A DNA stretch of 64,000 bases from a virus. Taxonomy: Duplodnaviria; Caudoviricetes. Made by a program: the position numbers and the translations under genes. The notes beneath the pieces are model-generated. The model made no database searches. It had not been told where the DNA came from and saw only the letters and a list, made by a program, of their open reading frames with translations. Positions 8,271-18,284 of the stretch are shown piece after piece. Position 1 is the stretch's first letter; every line of letters starts with the position of its first letter. The DNA is taken from IMG/VR virus record IMGVR_UViG_3300029305_005484; one strand, written 5' to 3'.

Positions 8271-10002
8271 ATTTTTTGAATAAACCAGCAAGAATTTTAA
8301 CTAATGCTTTGAAAATATTAATGATAAATTTAGCAATTAAATTTGCTTTTTCATCATCTGGTTCTTCTGGTGTTGGTTCAGGAATATTTTCTTCCTCTTC
8401 ATCAGAAGGTTCATTTTCAACAACATCGTTTTCATTATCTACTACTGGATCCATTTCTGGAGTTTCTTCAACTTTATCATTTTCTGTAAATTCTTGATTT
8501 TCAGATTCTTCATCTTTATCATCAATATCAAACTCATATAATTTATAAGTTTCAATAATATTTACAACTTTTGATACATATGCACTATCTGTAGCATATC
8601 CACCATCTTTAATAAGTTGAATTGCTTTGGTATAATCAGTTTCACCGATTAAACCTTCATAACGGTATACACTACCTTTCTTAGCACCACAAAGATATGC
8701 ACTATGGTCAGCAATTGATTCTGCTACTGTAGCATATGCTCTAAAGTCAGAATAATATGGAACCATTTGTCCATTTACTTCTTCATTTGACCATTTAGCA
8801 TAAATCTCTCCAGTCCATGCACTTTGCCACGTATTACCAGAAAGTGTAGATTTCATACCGAATAAGTTGTTTGCTTTAAGAGACAATTCAGATTGTCCCC
8901 ATGCAGATTCTAATATAGCCTGAGCAATTGTAACTGATGCAAGAATACCAGTATTAGCCATATCAGTCTTAGCTAAAGAACCAACATATTCAATGAATTG
9001 CTCTTTAGTAAATCCTTTAAGAGGACTAATATCAACTGCTTCAGGAGCTTCTGGTTTTTGAATCACTTCTTCTTTCGGTTCTTCAACCTTAGGTTCTTCT
9101 GTAGCTGGAGGAGTTGTAGTTTCTACTTTACTTGTATAAACTGCATTTCCATCTTCATCAAATACAGAATATCCTGGGTTTTGATCACAAATATTCTTAG
9201 CACTTTCAAGATTTCTGTAAGCACCCTTTTGGGAACCTGCATCAGCCCATGTTTTACGAATTCTGTAAATGATATCAGTCGTTGTAGAAGTTGTTGCTTT
9301 TGTATACACAACTTTACCAGATGCATCAAATACAGAATAACCTTCATTTTCATCACATTTCTTTTTAGCATTTTCTAGATTTGCATAAGCACCAAGTTGT
9401 GATTTAGCATCTTCCCATGTTTTACGAACACGATATAACTGTGAATTTTGATTTGTTGGTTGTTGAACAACTACATTTTGAACAAGTTCAACACCGAAAC
9501 ATTCCAAAATACCTTTAGCAATTTCATCCATTTTAGAATTGAAAATGCTTACATCTGTTGCATTTGAAATGAATCCAATTTCAATAAGTCTGTAGTTATA
9601 TCCCTTATTAGCAGCTCTCTTTGGATTTGCTAAATTGGTTCTACCAACAATAGTAGAACTACGTCCTGGGAGAATTCCTGATAAGAATGCAGCTAATTTT
9701 TCATCATAGGCATCAGCTTTATAATTACCCCAAATAATAACATGAGCACCTCTAGCAGATGAACTCGTACTACTATCCATATGGAATTCACATAATAACC
9801 AGTCTTTAGAAAGTGTCAAATTAGTAATTCCGTTATCTTTATAATAGTTTCTATTTTCTTCTGAAACCATTACGTTATCTCCACCAAGTGCTTTGCAACG
9901 TTTTGCCAATGTACGAACTCTTTCATACTCTTGGTAACCATTTCCACAAGCACCAGGGTCACCAGCACCATGACCGGTGATAATGAATAATTTATTACTC
10001 AT
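8269..10002 (-). CDS. Endolysin: Amidase_3 + two cell-wall-binding repeats + GH73 glucosaminidase + acidic tail
   Basis: GHG-x-x-DPGA, EFHMD, LIEIGFISN; two YR(V/I)RKTW-x-DA-x-SQ-x-GAY-x-NLE repeats; IAQAILESAWG, NNLFGMK, GYATD. Confidence 0.92.
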   Translation of the reverse strand: MSNKLFIITGHGAGDPGACGNGYQEYERVRTLAKRCKALGGDNVMVSEENRNYYKDNGITNLTLSKDWLLCEFHMDSSTSSSARGAHVIIWGNYKADAYDEKLAAFLSGILPGRSSTIVGRTNLANPKRAANKGYNYRLIEIGFISNATDVSIFNSKMDEIAKGILECFGVELVQNVVVQQPTNQNSQLYRVRKTWEDAKSQLGAYANLENAKKKCDENEGYSVFDASGKVVYTKATTSTTTDIIYRIRKTWADAGSQKGAYRNLESAKNICDQNPGYSVFDEDGNAVYTSKVETTTPPATEEPKVEEPKEEVIQKPEAPEAVDISPLKGFTKEQFIEYVGSLAKTDMANTGILASVTIAQAILESAWGQSELSLKANNLFGMKSTLSGNTWQSAWTGEIYAKWSNEEVNGQMVPYYSDFRAYATVAESIADHSAYLCGAKKGSVYRYEGLIGETDYTKAIQLIKDGGYATDSAYVSKVVNIIETYKLYEFDIDDKDEESENQEFTENDKVEETPEMDPVVDNENDVVENEPSDEEEENIPEPTPEEPDDEKANLIAKFIINIFKALVKILAGLFKK

Positions 10003-10338
10003 AATTATTCCACCTTTCTTTTAATTTTTAATTTATAATTTTGTTTTAAAGTAAAAAATAATAGAAAGGTAAAAAAGAAAGAGTTTACTCTTTCTTTCAT
10101 TTTTTTTTTGCCTGGAAGTTTCTATATTTAGATATTTATATTTTAACACAATAAAATTATTATTTAAAAATTAAACTATCACAACCATTTTTGTTTTTCT
10201 TAATTTCTGTACCTCCTCAAAGGAAAATTTATTAATTCTTTTTCCGTTCTGATATTCAGAATAAAAATAATTCCATTCTGTATCATATTCTTTTACCAAT
10301 GTAATAATTGATTTTCTCATACCGATTCCTCATATGAA

Positions 10339-10521
10339 TTACTCTGCTGGTTCAATAACAATGTTAGGATTTTTATTCCATCTATTAAATCCTAGTTGCA
10401 ATGATTGTGCTTGACCTATTCTCAACTTCTTCGCAAACTTTTTATTTGGTTCAATAAAATCTTTATCATCAGAGTAATATTTTTCAGTATTTGTATTTTT
10501 TAACACATAAAATCCTTCCAT
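10339..10521 (-). CDS. Small hypothetical protein
   Basis: 60-aa ORF with RBS GGAG. Confidence 0.6.
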   Translation of the reverse strand: MEGFYVLKNTNTEKYYSDDKDFIEPNKKFAKKLRIGQAQSLQLGFNRWNKNPNIVIEPAE

Positions 10522-10541
10522 CTTTTTTCTCCATCATTATT

Positions 10542-10952
10542 TTATCTATTATATTGACTTATTCCAGCCTTAAACATTTCAAATTCTCTTTTGTAATTAT
10601 CTTGTTTATATTTTGGTAAATCTTTAAATTCTTTCTTTACCATAAGTTCATAAATATTTAACCATTGAAAGAAAGTTAAATTTTCTTTTTTTAACTTTGG
10701 TTTTCTTGGTGATTTATCTAAATCTCTAGTTAATCTGTAGCCGTACATATTAAGGCTTCCACATTCTTTATATGACTGACTTGCACTTATATAATCCACA
10801 AAGTAATAAACCTTATCGCTTGGTTTAAATTTCACCTCGTCAGAATAGTATTTCTCTCTAATTTCTATTGCATTAGAATCTTCTGTTTTATTCATACACC
10901 ACTCTCTAATATCTTTTCCTAAATAACTTTCATCGCTATTTACTTTTATCAT
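10542..10952 (-). CDS. Hypothetical protein
   Basis: RBS AGGAGG; early motif at 11021. Confidence 0.7.
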   Translation of the reverse strand: MIKVNSDESYLGKDIREWCMNKTEDSNAIEIREKYYSDEVKFKPSDKVYYFVDYISASQSYKECGSLNMYGYRLTRDLDKSPRKPKLKKENLTFFQWLNIYELMVKKEFKDLPKYKQDNYKREFEMFKAGISQYNR

Positions 10953-11075
10953 TCTAATTCCCTCCTTAAAATCACTATTATGTCATCTATATTTTTTATT
11001 AAAATCTTTATTTCAAATATATAATATATCATTTACATATGTATATTTACTTTTTTGAGAGAGCTTGGGGATGGG

Positions 11076-11157
11076 GAACCAATTTTGTTAAGTTAACTTT
11101 CTCTAGTTATCGAGATTTTCCTTAGATTACAGAAAACTTACTTAACAAAACTGCAAC
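11076..11157 (+). repeat. 82-bp repeat, copy R3
   Basis: Identical to R9, 45.6 kb away; core AGATTTTCCTTAGA. Confidence 0.97.
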
Positions 11158-11448
11158 CAAGAAGAGATCATTACAGGTTTACATAATACAAGTAATGTAG
11201 ATATATTTATTGTAAATGCTGATATAAATTTTACAGATGGTAAAGTATACTATCAAAGTCCTGAAGTTATAACACATTTAACAGGACGTTCGATTGCTGG
11301 AGCAGTATGTACAGTACATGCTCAACTTGTTTCTCCTAGAATAACTGTAACTGATGGAAGAGGAGAAAATAATACAGTTTATTTATATTTTGATGCTAAT
11401 CATTCTGGTGTTTTTAATGTTAGTATTGTTTATTTTGTTTGGAGATAA
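11146..11448 (+). CDS. Cassette C3: start-less module (100 aa, no Met), missed by ORF track
   Basis: QNCNQEEIITGLHNTSNVDIFIVNADINFTDGKVYY...NTVYLYFDANHSGVFNVSIVYFVWR*. Confidence 0.75.
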   Translation, partial: QNCNQEEIITGLHNTSNVDIFIVNADINFTDGKVYYQSPEVITHLTGRSIAGAVCTVHAQLVSPRITVTDGRGENNTVYLYFDANHSGVFNVSIVYFVWR

Positions 11449-11529
11449 TTTTTACAAAAAAATCAACTTTCAATTTCATATTTAATTGATATATTATTAA
11501 TATGAATAATTGAAAGGTGGTAAAATAAT

Positions 11530-11838
11530 ATGGGTAAACTCTCATCAATTATTAAAGCAGGTGCTTCTTTTGTCACTGAAGCAGAAAAACATATCAGTGA
11601 AAACAAAGACATTCAAAAGATGTTATTCGGTACTTATTCTAATGGGTCTCCTAGAAACTTAGCAGATGCTATTTCTGGAGAAGTTGTTTCACCAGAAGAT
11701 AAGTTAAAGATAACTAAACGTCTTGAAAAGAATGAGAAGAAGAAAAAGAAAAGAAAAAAGAAAGGTAAAAAATATGGAAAAATTGACCTTTCTAAATTAG
11801 CATTTTCTGAAGAAATTAAAAACGATAACGAAGACTAA
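11530..11838 (+). CDS. Basic hypothetical protein
   Basis: Early motif at 11489, RBS GAAAGGTGG; poly-Lys tract. Confidence 0.75.
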   Translation: MGKLSSIIKAGASFVTEAEKHISENKDIQKMLFGTYSNGSPRNLADAISGEVVSPEDKLKITKRLEKNEKKKKKRKKKGKKYGKIDLSKLAFSEEIKNDNED

Positions 11839-11872
11839 AAATAAAGATGGTTTTAAAACCATCTTTATTTTT

Positions 11873-12277
11873 TTATCTATTTTCTATCCTTTTATTTAAT
11901 TTTGATATTTCAAAATCAATCATAAAATAATCTTGTTGTTCTAATATCACATTAAATTCTATTCGTTCACCAGTCAAAAATTCTACAAAACTATTTATAT
12001 TATCAACAGATATTTCAGGTTGTATTCTTGTATTTAAAAATTTAACATATCTTTGTATAATAAAAGTTACAACAGATGGTGTTTCAATAAGACCAAATTC
12101 TGGTATTGTTTGTGATGTGAGGTAAGTAAGATTATTTCCAAGTGTTAATAATGAACCAGTTGTTTTAGAATTATAATCTATATTTTCTTTTTTAGGGTCG
12201 AATGAATATGTAAAAGATATTAAATGATCTTCATGATATGAAGGATTAACCAAATTTATTAAATTTTTTAAAATCAT
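11873..12277 (-). CDS. Hypothetical protein
   Basis: Start at MILKNL after GGAGG, coupled to the upstream stop. Confidence 0.65.
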   Translation of the reverse strand: MILKNLINLVNPSYHEDHLISFTYSFDPKKENIDYNSKTTGSLLTLGNNLTYLTSQTIPEFGLIETPSVVTFIIQRYVKFLNTRIQPEISVDNINSFVEFLTGERIEFNVILEQQDYFMIDFEISKLNKRIENR

Positions 12278-12278
12278 T

Positions 12279-12734
12279 TTATAATCCTCCTGTATTATTT
12301 GTAATACCCATACATTCAATTTGATCATATAAATACTCATAAATATCTATTATATTATCCATAGTATGCTTTTCTTTTATTAAATTTACCTCTCTATAAT
12401 TAGCCAAAGCCGTACTTGTAAGTCTAAGACCAAGATTATTTTCTTTAGCTCTTTGAAAAATATTTATACGGTTATCATTAATATATGAAGCTTCATCCAT
12501 AACATAAATTGATTCAGTATAACATGGTATAGTAATCGTCTTAATTAAATCTTTACATATAAGCTCATTAATATAAGCAAATGTTTTTAAATAATTCATA
12601 TTTGGAAGTGTATTTCTTTCATATATTTTATCATTAAATGGAAAATAATATTTAACTGGGTCATCAAAATCAATTCCTCTATCAAGCATAACACCATATA
12701 TTGAACCCATATTGATTTTATTCATATAAATCAC
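12279..12734 (-). CDS. Hypothetical protein
   Basis: ORF downstream of early motif 12751. Confidence 0.65.
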   Translation of the reverse strand: MIYMNKINMGSIYGVMLDRGIDFDDPVKYYFPFNDKIYERNTLPNMNYLKTFAYINELICKDLIKTITIPCYTESIYVMDEASYINDNRINIFQRAKENNLGLRLTSTALANYREVNLIKEKHTMDNIIDIYEYLYDQIECMGITNNTGGL

Positions 12735-12816
12735 CTCATTTTCTAAATAAATAATATATCAGCGATTAAAAATAATAAAGACATTATTATAATTATTTTA
12801 AAAGGAGGGTAAATAT

Positions 12817-14073
12817 ATGGCTTTTCTAATTAGTGAAGAAAAGTTGGTTGAAGATAGCGTCTCGTTATTAGATCAACGATTAAATAGTCCTATAGCCAGA
12901 TTTATCGAACAAACTCCTACGTTTGTTACGTATTATCATATAAATATAAATGAATCCACAAATGATGCTGGATTTAATGATGTTGAAAGTTTTATAGGAG
13001 AATCATCTCCTCTTAGATTTCAAAAAATTGAAAAATTTCCTATATATGGATTAGAAGCAATCTTAGCACAGTGGCAAGATACTGATTTAGGTATTGATGG
13101 TTCATATGAAGGTGAAGCAGTTATTTTACCTAATACAATTAAACCACTTCCTAATGATTATTTCATAATCAAATATGTAGGAGATAATGTAATTTTTAGA
13201 ATTACAGAAATCGTAAATGATAATATTAGAACTGATAATTTTTATAAAATCATGTTTAAGTTAGATTCTATTGATGATGGTAGAAGAGATAGTTTGAATA
13301 AACAGGTTTATGATAATTATACTTGCATTTTAGAAAATATTGGTTCTGAAAATAAATGTATTATTCAATCTGACTTTAAAGAGCAACTAGATAAGATTGA
13401 TAAGTTATATAATGATATGACTTCATTATATATGTCAATCTTTTATAGTGAAAGATATAATTCATTATTAGGTGAGATGCCTGGTGGGTTTTCTTTATAT
13501 GATCCCTACATGTCGCATTTTATCAATAAGCATGAATTACTAAAAAAGAAAAATGTAATCACAACTACTTTTTTAGAAGAAAATCATATAATTGATAATA
13601 AGAAGTCACTTAAATATGAAAGAAGTATTTATAGATTTTTTGAAAGAAGAGATGTATCTTTAATAAAACCATTTTATTATACAACTATAAATGGTTTTAA
13701 CAGAAAAGAGTCTGGATTTTATAGATGGTCAGATGAAAATGTTTATATAGTAGATATTCCATCAGATATTGGAATGAGTAATCCATATAGAATTTTCCCT
13801 GATATGACGATTAATACTATTAAACTGAATGGACCTACTGAATCTAAGTATTTAAAACTTATCAAAAAATTTATTAGAAATGATAGTATTAGCATCTATG
13901 ATATCGATTTAACTTTAAATGAAGAATTAATTAATCTTGATGCTAATTTAGAGATGTTCTTTATTACACCATTACTTCTCTATATTATTAAAGAAGTAGT
14001 TAAAGAATTTAATAAGACTGGTATTGCTGAAGATAAACATGAAGAAGAACCAGTAGAAGAAATTCTTCCATAA
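12817..14073 (+). CDS. Probable virion structural protein (possibly neck/head completion)
   Basis: 418 aa, RBS AGGAGG, late-like GACA-N6-TAA at 12780; specific role uncertain. Confidence 0.5.
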   Translation: MAFLISEEKLVEDSVSLLDQRLNSPIARFIEQTPTFVTYYHININESTNDAGFNDVESFIGESSPLRFQKIEKFPIYGLEAILAQWQDTDLGIDGSYEGEAVILPNTIKPLPNDYFIIKYVGDNVIFRITEIVNDNIRTDNFYKIMFKLDSIDDGRRDSLNKQVYDNYTCILENIGSENKCIIQSDFKEQLDKIDKLYNDMTSLYMSIFYSERYNSLLGEMPGGFSLYDPYMSHFINKHELLKKKNVITTTFLEENHIIDNKKSLKYERSIYRFFERRDVSLIKPFYYTTINGFNRKESGFYRWSDENVYIVDIPSDIGMSNPYRIFPDMTINTIKLNGPTESKYLKLIKKFIRNDSISIYDIDLTLNEELINLDANLEMFFITPLLLYIIKEVVKEFNKTGIAEDKHEEEPVEEILP

Positions 14074-14096
14074 ATATAAAAAAATAAGAATAGAGT

Positions 14097-14336
14097 CTAT
14101 ACTCTATTCTTATTTTTAAGTTTTTTAACTATTTTCTTTCTTACATATTTTTCATATCCATTATCAATGAACCATTGTGGGTCACTTTCTAAAAAGTTTT
14201 CACAACAAAATGGTTTCCAATTTGGATGTTTAGCATTGATTTTACAACGAATTCCAAATTGTTTATAAGACCAGTTTTGATATGTAATTGCACCGATAAT
14301 GATAATTACTACACTAATGCTTACAAGAATTTTCAT
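14097..14336 (-). CDS. Small membrane-anchored protein
   Basis: N-terminal hydrophobic helix; RBS GGAGG; early motif 14369. Confidence 0.7.
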   Translation of the reverse strand: MKILVSISVVIIIIGAITYQNWSYKQFGIRCKINAKHPNWKPFCCENFLESDPQWFIDNGYEKYVRKKIVKKLKNKNRV

Positions 14337-14396
14337 AATATTTCCTCCATATTATTTTTATCACTAAAATAATATATCATTATTGAATAAAGTAGG

Positions 14397-14478
14397 GAAC
14401 CAATTTTGTTAAGTTAAATTTCTCTAGTTATCGATAATTTCCTTTGATTACAGAAATCTTACTTAACAAAACTGCAAC
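14397..14478 (+). repeat. 82-bp repeat, copy R4
   Basis: Core ATAATTTCCTTTGA, same as R8. Confidence 0.97.
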
Positions 14479-14799
14479 CAACAACTTTATACACATGAAA
14501 TTTTAATAAATAATCAAACATCATATTTTTTCAGAATTGGAAATTTTGTAGAATTACAATTGAGATATATCGGTAATGCATCTTCTCTTACATTTAGTGA
14601 TATACCAGATGGTTATAAACCTAAATTCATGGTTTTTGAACCTGTATTTATTTATGATGGATCTATTATATGTGGGTACTGTAGAATACTGGTACAAAAT
14701 AATACTATTACTGTTTATGGGAAAAATACTGGTTCTGATATATATGGTGAATTTCATACAACTATAATGTATTATACAGAAGATGATTATTCTGTATAA
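14467..14799 (+). CDS. Cassette C4: start-less receptor-binding head-like module (110 aa)
   Basis: QNCNQQLYTHE...FFRIGNFVELQLRY...DIPDGYKP...; R-x-GN-x-V and P-x-GY(R/K)P motifs of tail-fibre/RBP C-termini. Confidence 0.85.
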   Translation, partial: QNCNQQLYTHEILINNQTSYFFRIGNFVELQLRYIGNASSLTFSDIPDGYKPKFMVFEPVFIYDGSIICGYCRILVQNNTITVYGKNTGSDIYGEFHTTIMYYTEDDYSV

Positions 14800-14843
14800 T
14801 TAACTAAAAATATAACAAAAAATTAAAGGAGTTTAAAACTCCT

Positions 14844-15032
14844 TTAATCTATACCATAGGTCTTTTTATATAGTTGACCTAAGTGATTGATGGTTCTATC
14901 GAGTTTATCAGATTCGTAAGAACCTAACTTAATAGAACCGAACTTGATTGAAGAATGTGAAGGATAAATATCATATCCTTCACATTCATTTTTCAATCTA
15001 TTAAATTCATTAAAATCAAACATATCTGTCAC
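14844..15032 (-). CDS. Small hypothetical protein, paralog of 56396-56566
   Basis: Shared C-terminus TIN-x-LGQ-x-YKKTYGI. Confidence 0.7.
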   Translation of the reverse strand: MTDMFDFNEFNRLKNECEGYDIYPSHSSIKFGSIKLGSYESDKLDRTINHLGQLYKKTYGID

Positions 15033-15117
15033 CTCGCTTTATTTATTATTGGTGATTAATATATTTGAACTCCTTACTATATAAATAATGTATCATTGAA
15101 CTTAAATTGATGGGTGG

Positions 15118-15199
15118 GAACCAATTTTGTTAAGTTAACTTTCTCTAGTTATCGGTAATTTACGATGTTTACAGAAATCTTACTTAACAAAACTGCAAT
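15118..15199 (+). repeat. 82-bp repeat, copy R5
   Basis: Identical to R1 except terminal AAT versus AAC. Confidence 0.97.
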
Positions 15200-15538
15200 C
15201 AACAAGAGATGTTATTGGATATAGAGAGTGCTATATCATATAATTCTGAAATTATAACAGATTATGGAGAAATTACAAATATTGGTATTTGGCATTATGA
15301 AAGAGGTGTAGTCAGTTGTACACCATCTAATGTTGATGGAAATCCATGGCATGGTTTTGAAATAACATTTAAGCAACCTTTTATCTGTATTCCATGTGTT
15401 ACAATAAATCAACACTCCTATTTTTCAAATGAAAATGTAATGGTGCAATCAGTTTCAAGAGGTGGAATGACGTTTTTTATAAGAACTATGACAAATGGAT
15501 TTGATTACAGAGTAATATGGAATGCATTCGGTATTTAG
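15188..15538 (+). CDS. Cassette C5: H-type-lectin/gp53-like tip module (116 aa)
   Basis: QNCNQQEMLLDIE...ERG...ITFKQPFICIPCV...VIWNAFGI*. Confidence 0.85.
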   Translation, partial: QNCNQQEMLLDIESAISYNSEIITDYGEITNIGIWHYERGVVSCTPSNVDGNPWHGFEITFKQPFICIPCVTINQHSYFSNENVMVQSVSRGGMTFFIRTMTNGFDYRVIWNAFGI

Positions 15539-15562
15539 TAAGTAGGTGATAGAGGGAGAGGG

Positions 15563-15644
15563 GAACCAATTTTATTAAGTTAAATTTCTCTAGTTATCGA
15601 TAATTACCGATGTTTATAGAAATCTTACTTAACAAAACTGCAAC
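15563..15644 (+). repeat. 82-bp repeat, copy R6
   Basis: Most diverged copy (TTTTATTAAG, TTATAG) but same length. Confidence 0.95.
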
Positions 15645-15995
15645 CAAGAAGAGATGTTAATAGATATAGAGCATGCAATATCATGGAATTATACATTTGG
15701 TGAATTAGAAAGTGAGATGGTTATTAATTTCGGAATATCTCATATAGAAAGGGGACATGTGTATTGGACAGCTAATACACAATCAGATCTTGATGCCCAT
15801 GCATGGTATCCATTTGAAATAAGTTTTAAACAACCATTTAATACAACCCCTGTTGTATCATTTTTGAATTTAACAGGATTTTCTAATGAAAATATTTGGA
15901 TTACTGCATTAGATAATGCACATATGATATTTTCTGTTAGAGTCCAATCTATAGGATTTAGATATGGTATATTATGGCAAGCTATAGGTGTATAA
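15633..15995 (+). CDS. Cassette C6: H-type-lectin/gp53-like tip module (120 aa), paralog of C5
   Basis: QNCNQEEMLIDIE...ERG...ISFKQPFNTTPVV...ILWQAIGV*. Confidence 0.85.
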   Translation, partial: QNCNQEEMLIDIEHAISWNYTFGELESEMVINFGISHIERGHVYWTANTQSDLDAHAWYPFEISFKQPFNTTPVVSFLNLTGFSNENIWITALDNAHMIFSVRVQSIGFRYGILWQAIGV

Positions 15996-16115
15996 TATTA
16001 ATTACAATGACAATATTTTAATATGAATAAGAGAATACAAATTATTTGTATTCTCTTATTTTTCAATAAATTATTATCAAAAATACACTTGAATAAGAAA
16101 GGTTGGTATAAAAAT

Positions 16116-16532
16116 ATGAGTTTTGATCCTGCATTCGGAACCAGTAATTTTGGTACTCCGAAATCATATTCAGAAACAGAGACTCTTGCTAGAAATATAC
16201 TAGCAGTTCTTTTTGCAAAACCAGGCTCTTATCCAACAATGCCTAATTTTGGTATGAATATTCCAGATTTAGTCATGTCATTTTATGATGATATAGATGA
16301 GAGTGAATTAAAAAATGAACTAATATCTACGTGCTCTTCATTTACTCAAGTTGTAAAAAATGGGGAATTTGATATAATCAAATCTGTATTAAAAGATGCA
16401 AATGATGTAGATACACCGGTATTATTACTTAAAATACCGACGATTATTAAGAAAACAAGTAAAAGTCTGCTTATAGGAATTATGCAATCTGGTAAACAGA
16501 TTAAATATAATTTTACATGGGCGGATGAATAA
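16116..16532 (+). CDS. Baseplate wedge protein, T4 gp25-like
   Basis: AKPGSYPTMPNFGMNI resembles the gp25 T-x-PG...P-x-FG motif; start moved to the ATG after GAAAGG. Confidence 0.65.
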   Translation: MSFDPAFGTSNFGTPKSYSETETLARNILAVLFAKPGSYPTMPNFGMNIPDLVMSFYDDIDESELKNELISTCSSFTQVVKNGEFDIIKSVLKDANDVDTPVLLLKIPTIIKKTSKSLLIGIMQSGKQIKYNFTWADE

Positions 16533-16568
16533 TTTAATAAGAAATTAAACAGAAAGGAAGTTTAAAAT

Positions 16569-18284
16569 ATGAGTGAAACAAAAATTACTCAGGATACAAA
16601 TCTTGACGTTGAAGCATTATTTAGAAATGCTACTACTACAAAATCAGAAACACCTTCTGATCAAGAAGAGTTAAGACAAGTAGTAAAAACACCACTACAA
16701 CAAATGCAGGAAGCACGTGGAAAAGGTTTAATCATTCAAAACAATGATGATGATGGTGCTAAAAATGGTGGGTCAATGACAGATGAGAGAGAAGAAGCTG
16801 TAAAAGAAACTCTCAGAGAAATGGATGTTATGATTGAAAAAGCAAAAATGGTTTCTGTTACAGAAGTGCCTAAATCAGACATCGAAATGGCTGAACTCAT
16901 GCATAAACTTGATGAACTTGATATCGACCAAATTAAAGATGCTAATAAGGTATCTAGTGGCGCAGTCCATAAGGTTGATGAAGATGAAGTATTAGGTTCT
17001 GATATTACACCTGATACAGTTGTTGCTAATGGAGATGGAACTATTGGCGATGGTGGATTATTCCGTGCTAAATCGGAAACTTCACAATTTAATAGTCCTA
17101 TTGAAAGGGTTGTTAAAAATCCTGAATCTACAGTTGCACCAGAAACTGAAGTTTCAGAAACAAAAGTTGTTATTGATAAAACTGGTATTAAACCAGATAC
17201 AACAACTATTATTGATTTTACTGAGGAAGAAAGAGAAAAACTTTCTAAATCTAATTCAATTGAATTAGTATTTTTAAATAAAATCAATGTAGATACTGGT
17301 AGAGTTAGAAGACCTGACGAAAACTTCATGAAAACATACACAACCAATATGCATCAAAATATTGGAGAAGCAGCTACGATGACATTTGTTGCATCTAGAT
17401 TTAGAGCAAAAATTAGAGGACTTACATTTGGTGAGTTTACTAATCTAACTCTTAGTAGTGAAATTACAGATGTTGATACTTTAAACAGAAAATTATCAGT
17501 TATCTATAATGCTATTGTAGAATCATCAATTGGATTATTTCCAACATATGATGACTTCTTAAGAAACTTCTCTATTAGAGATTTGGACCTTGCTACATAT
17601 GGAATTTACATTGCAACAAATCCAGAAACTTTAGAGATTAATCTTTCATGTGGTGCAGAAGGTTGTAAAAAGACATTTACAAAATCATTCAGTCCAAGAA
17701 ATCTTTTACTTATTAAAGATTTAAGCCCTAGATTCTTAGAGATTATGGAAACTACAGGAAGTCTTAGTGGTGAAAAAGCAATGGAATATCACAATAAATC
17801 TTCAATTATTGAAAAGCAAATTATCAAACTTCCAGGAAGTGGTGTTGCTATTGAAGTTGGTTTACGTTCAGCTTTTGAAACTATTCATTATGTACTTCCG
17901 TACATCAATAATCTTGAGACATTGATGGCTGAAAAATATAAGAATGATGATGTAAGATGTAGAGCAGCTATTTCAATGGCTACTCATTATGTAAGTGCAG
18001 TATACTTCCAAGAAAATGGTGAATACACACTTAGAAATGATAATATCGAAGATATTTGTGATATCATTTACAATTTACCAATGATTGATTATGATATCAT
18101 TTATAATATCATGAGACAAACTGAAGAAGACTACTTCTATCAATTTGCACTCGAAAATGTGGTTTGTCCACATTGTAAGACCCACACTGAAAGAGTTGCT
18201 ATTGATATCGATGAAGAGGTTTTTCAACGGTACCAGGAACAGGGGAATACAGTAATCGATCCAGAATCGCTGCCAAGACTCTAG
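16569..18284 (+). CDS. Baseplate hub/tail assembly chaperone, T4 gp26-like, with long N-terminal extension
   Basis: IRGLTFGE, RD..., C-x4-C and CPHC zinc motifs; adjacent to the gp25-like gene. Confidence 0.6.
   Translation: MSETKITQDTNLDVEALFRNATTTKSETPSDQEELRQVVKTPLQQMQEARGKGLIIQNNDDDGAKNGGSMTDEREEAVKETLREMDVMIEKAKMVSVTEVPKSDIEMAELMHKLDELDIDQIKDANKVSSGAVHKVDEDEVLGSDITPDTVVANGDGTIGDGGLFRAKSETSQFNSPIERVVKNPESTVAPETEVSETKVVIDKTGIKPDTTTIIDFTEEEREKLSKSNSIELVFLNKINVDTGRVRRPDENFMKTYTTNMHQNIGEAATMTFVASRFRAKIRGLTFGEFTNLTLSSEITDVDTLNRKLSVIYNAIVESSIGLFPTYDDFLRNFSIRDLDLATYGIYIATNPETLEINLSCGAEGCKKTFTKSFSPRNLLLIKDLSPRFLEIMETTGSLSGEKAMEYHNKSSIIEKQIIKLPGSGVAIEVGLRSAFETIHYVLPYINNLETLMAEKYKNDDVRCRAAISMATHYVSAVYFQENGEYTLRNDNIEDICDIIYNLPMIDYDIIYNIMRQTEEDYFYQFALENVVCPHCKTHTERVAIDIDEEVFQRYQEQGNTVIDPESLPRL

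Noticed and set aside
15188-15995. C5/C6 as a DGR template/variable repeat pair
   Set aside because: Differences are not adenine-specific, include indels and span the whole ORF; no RT in the window.
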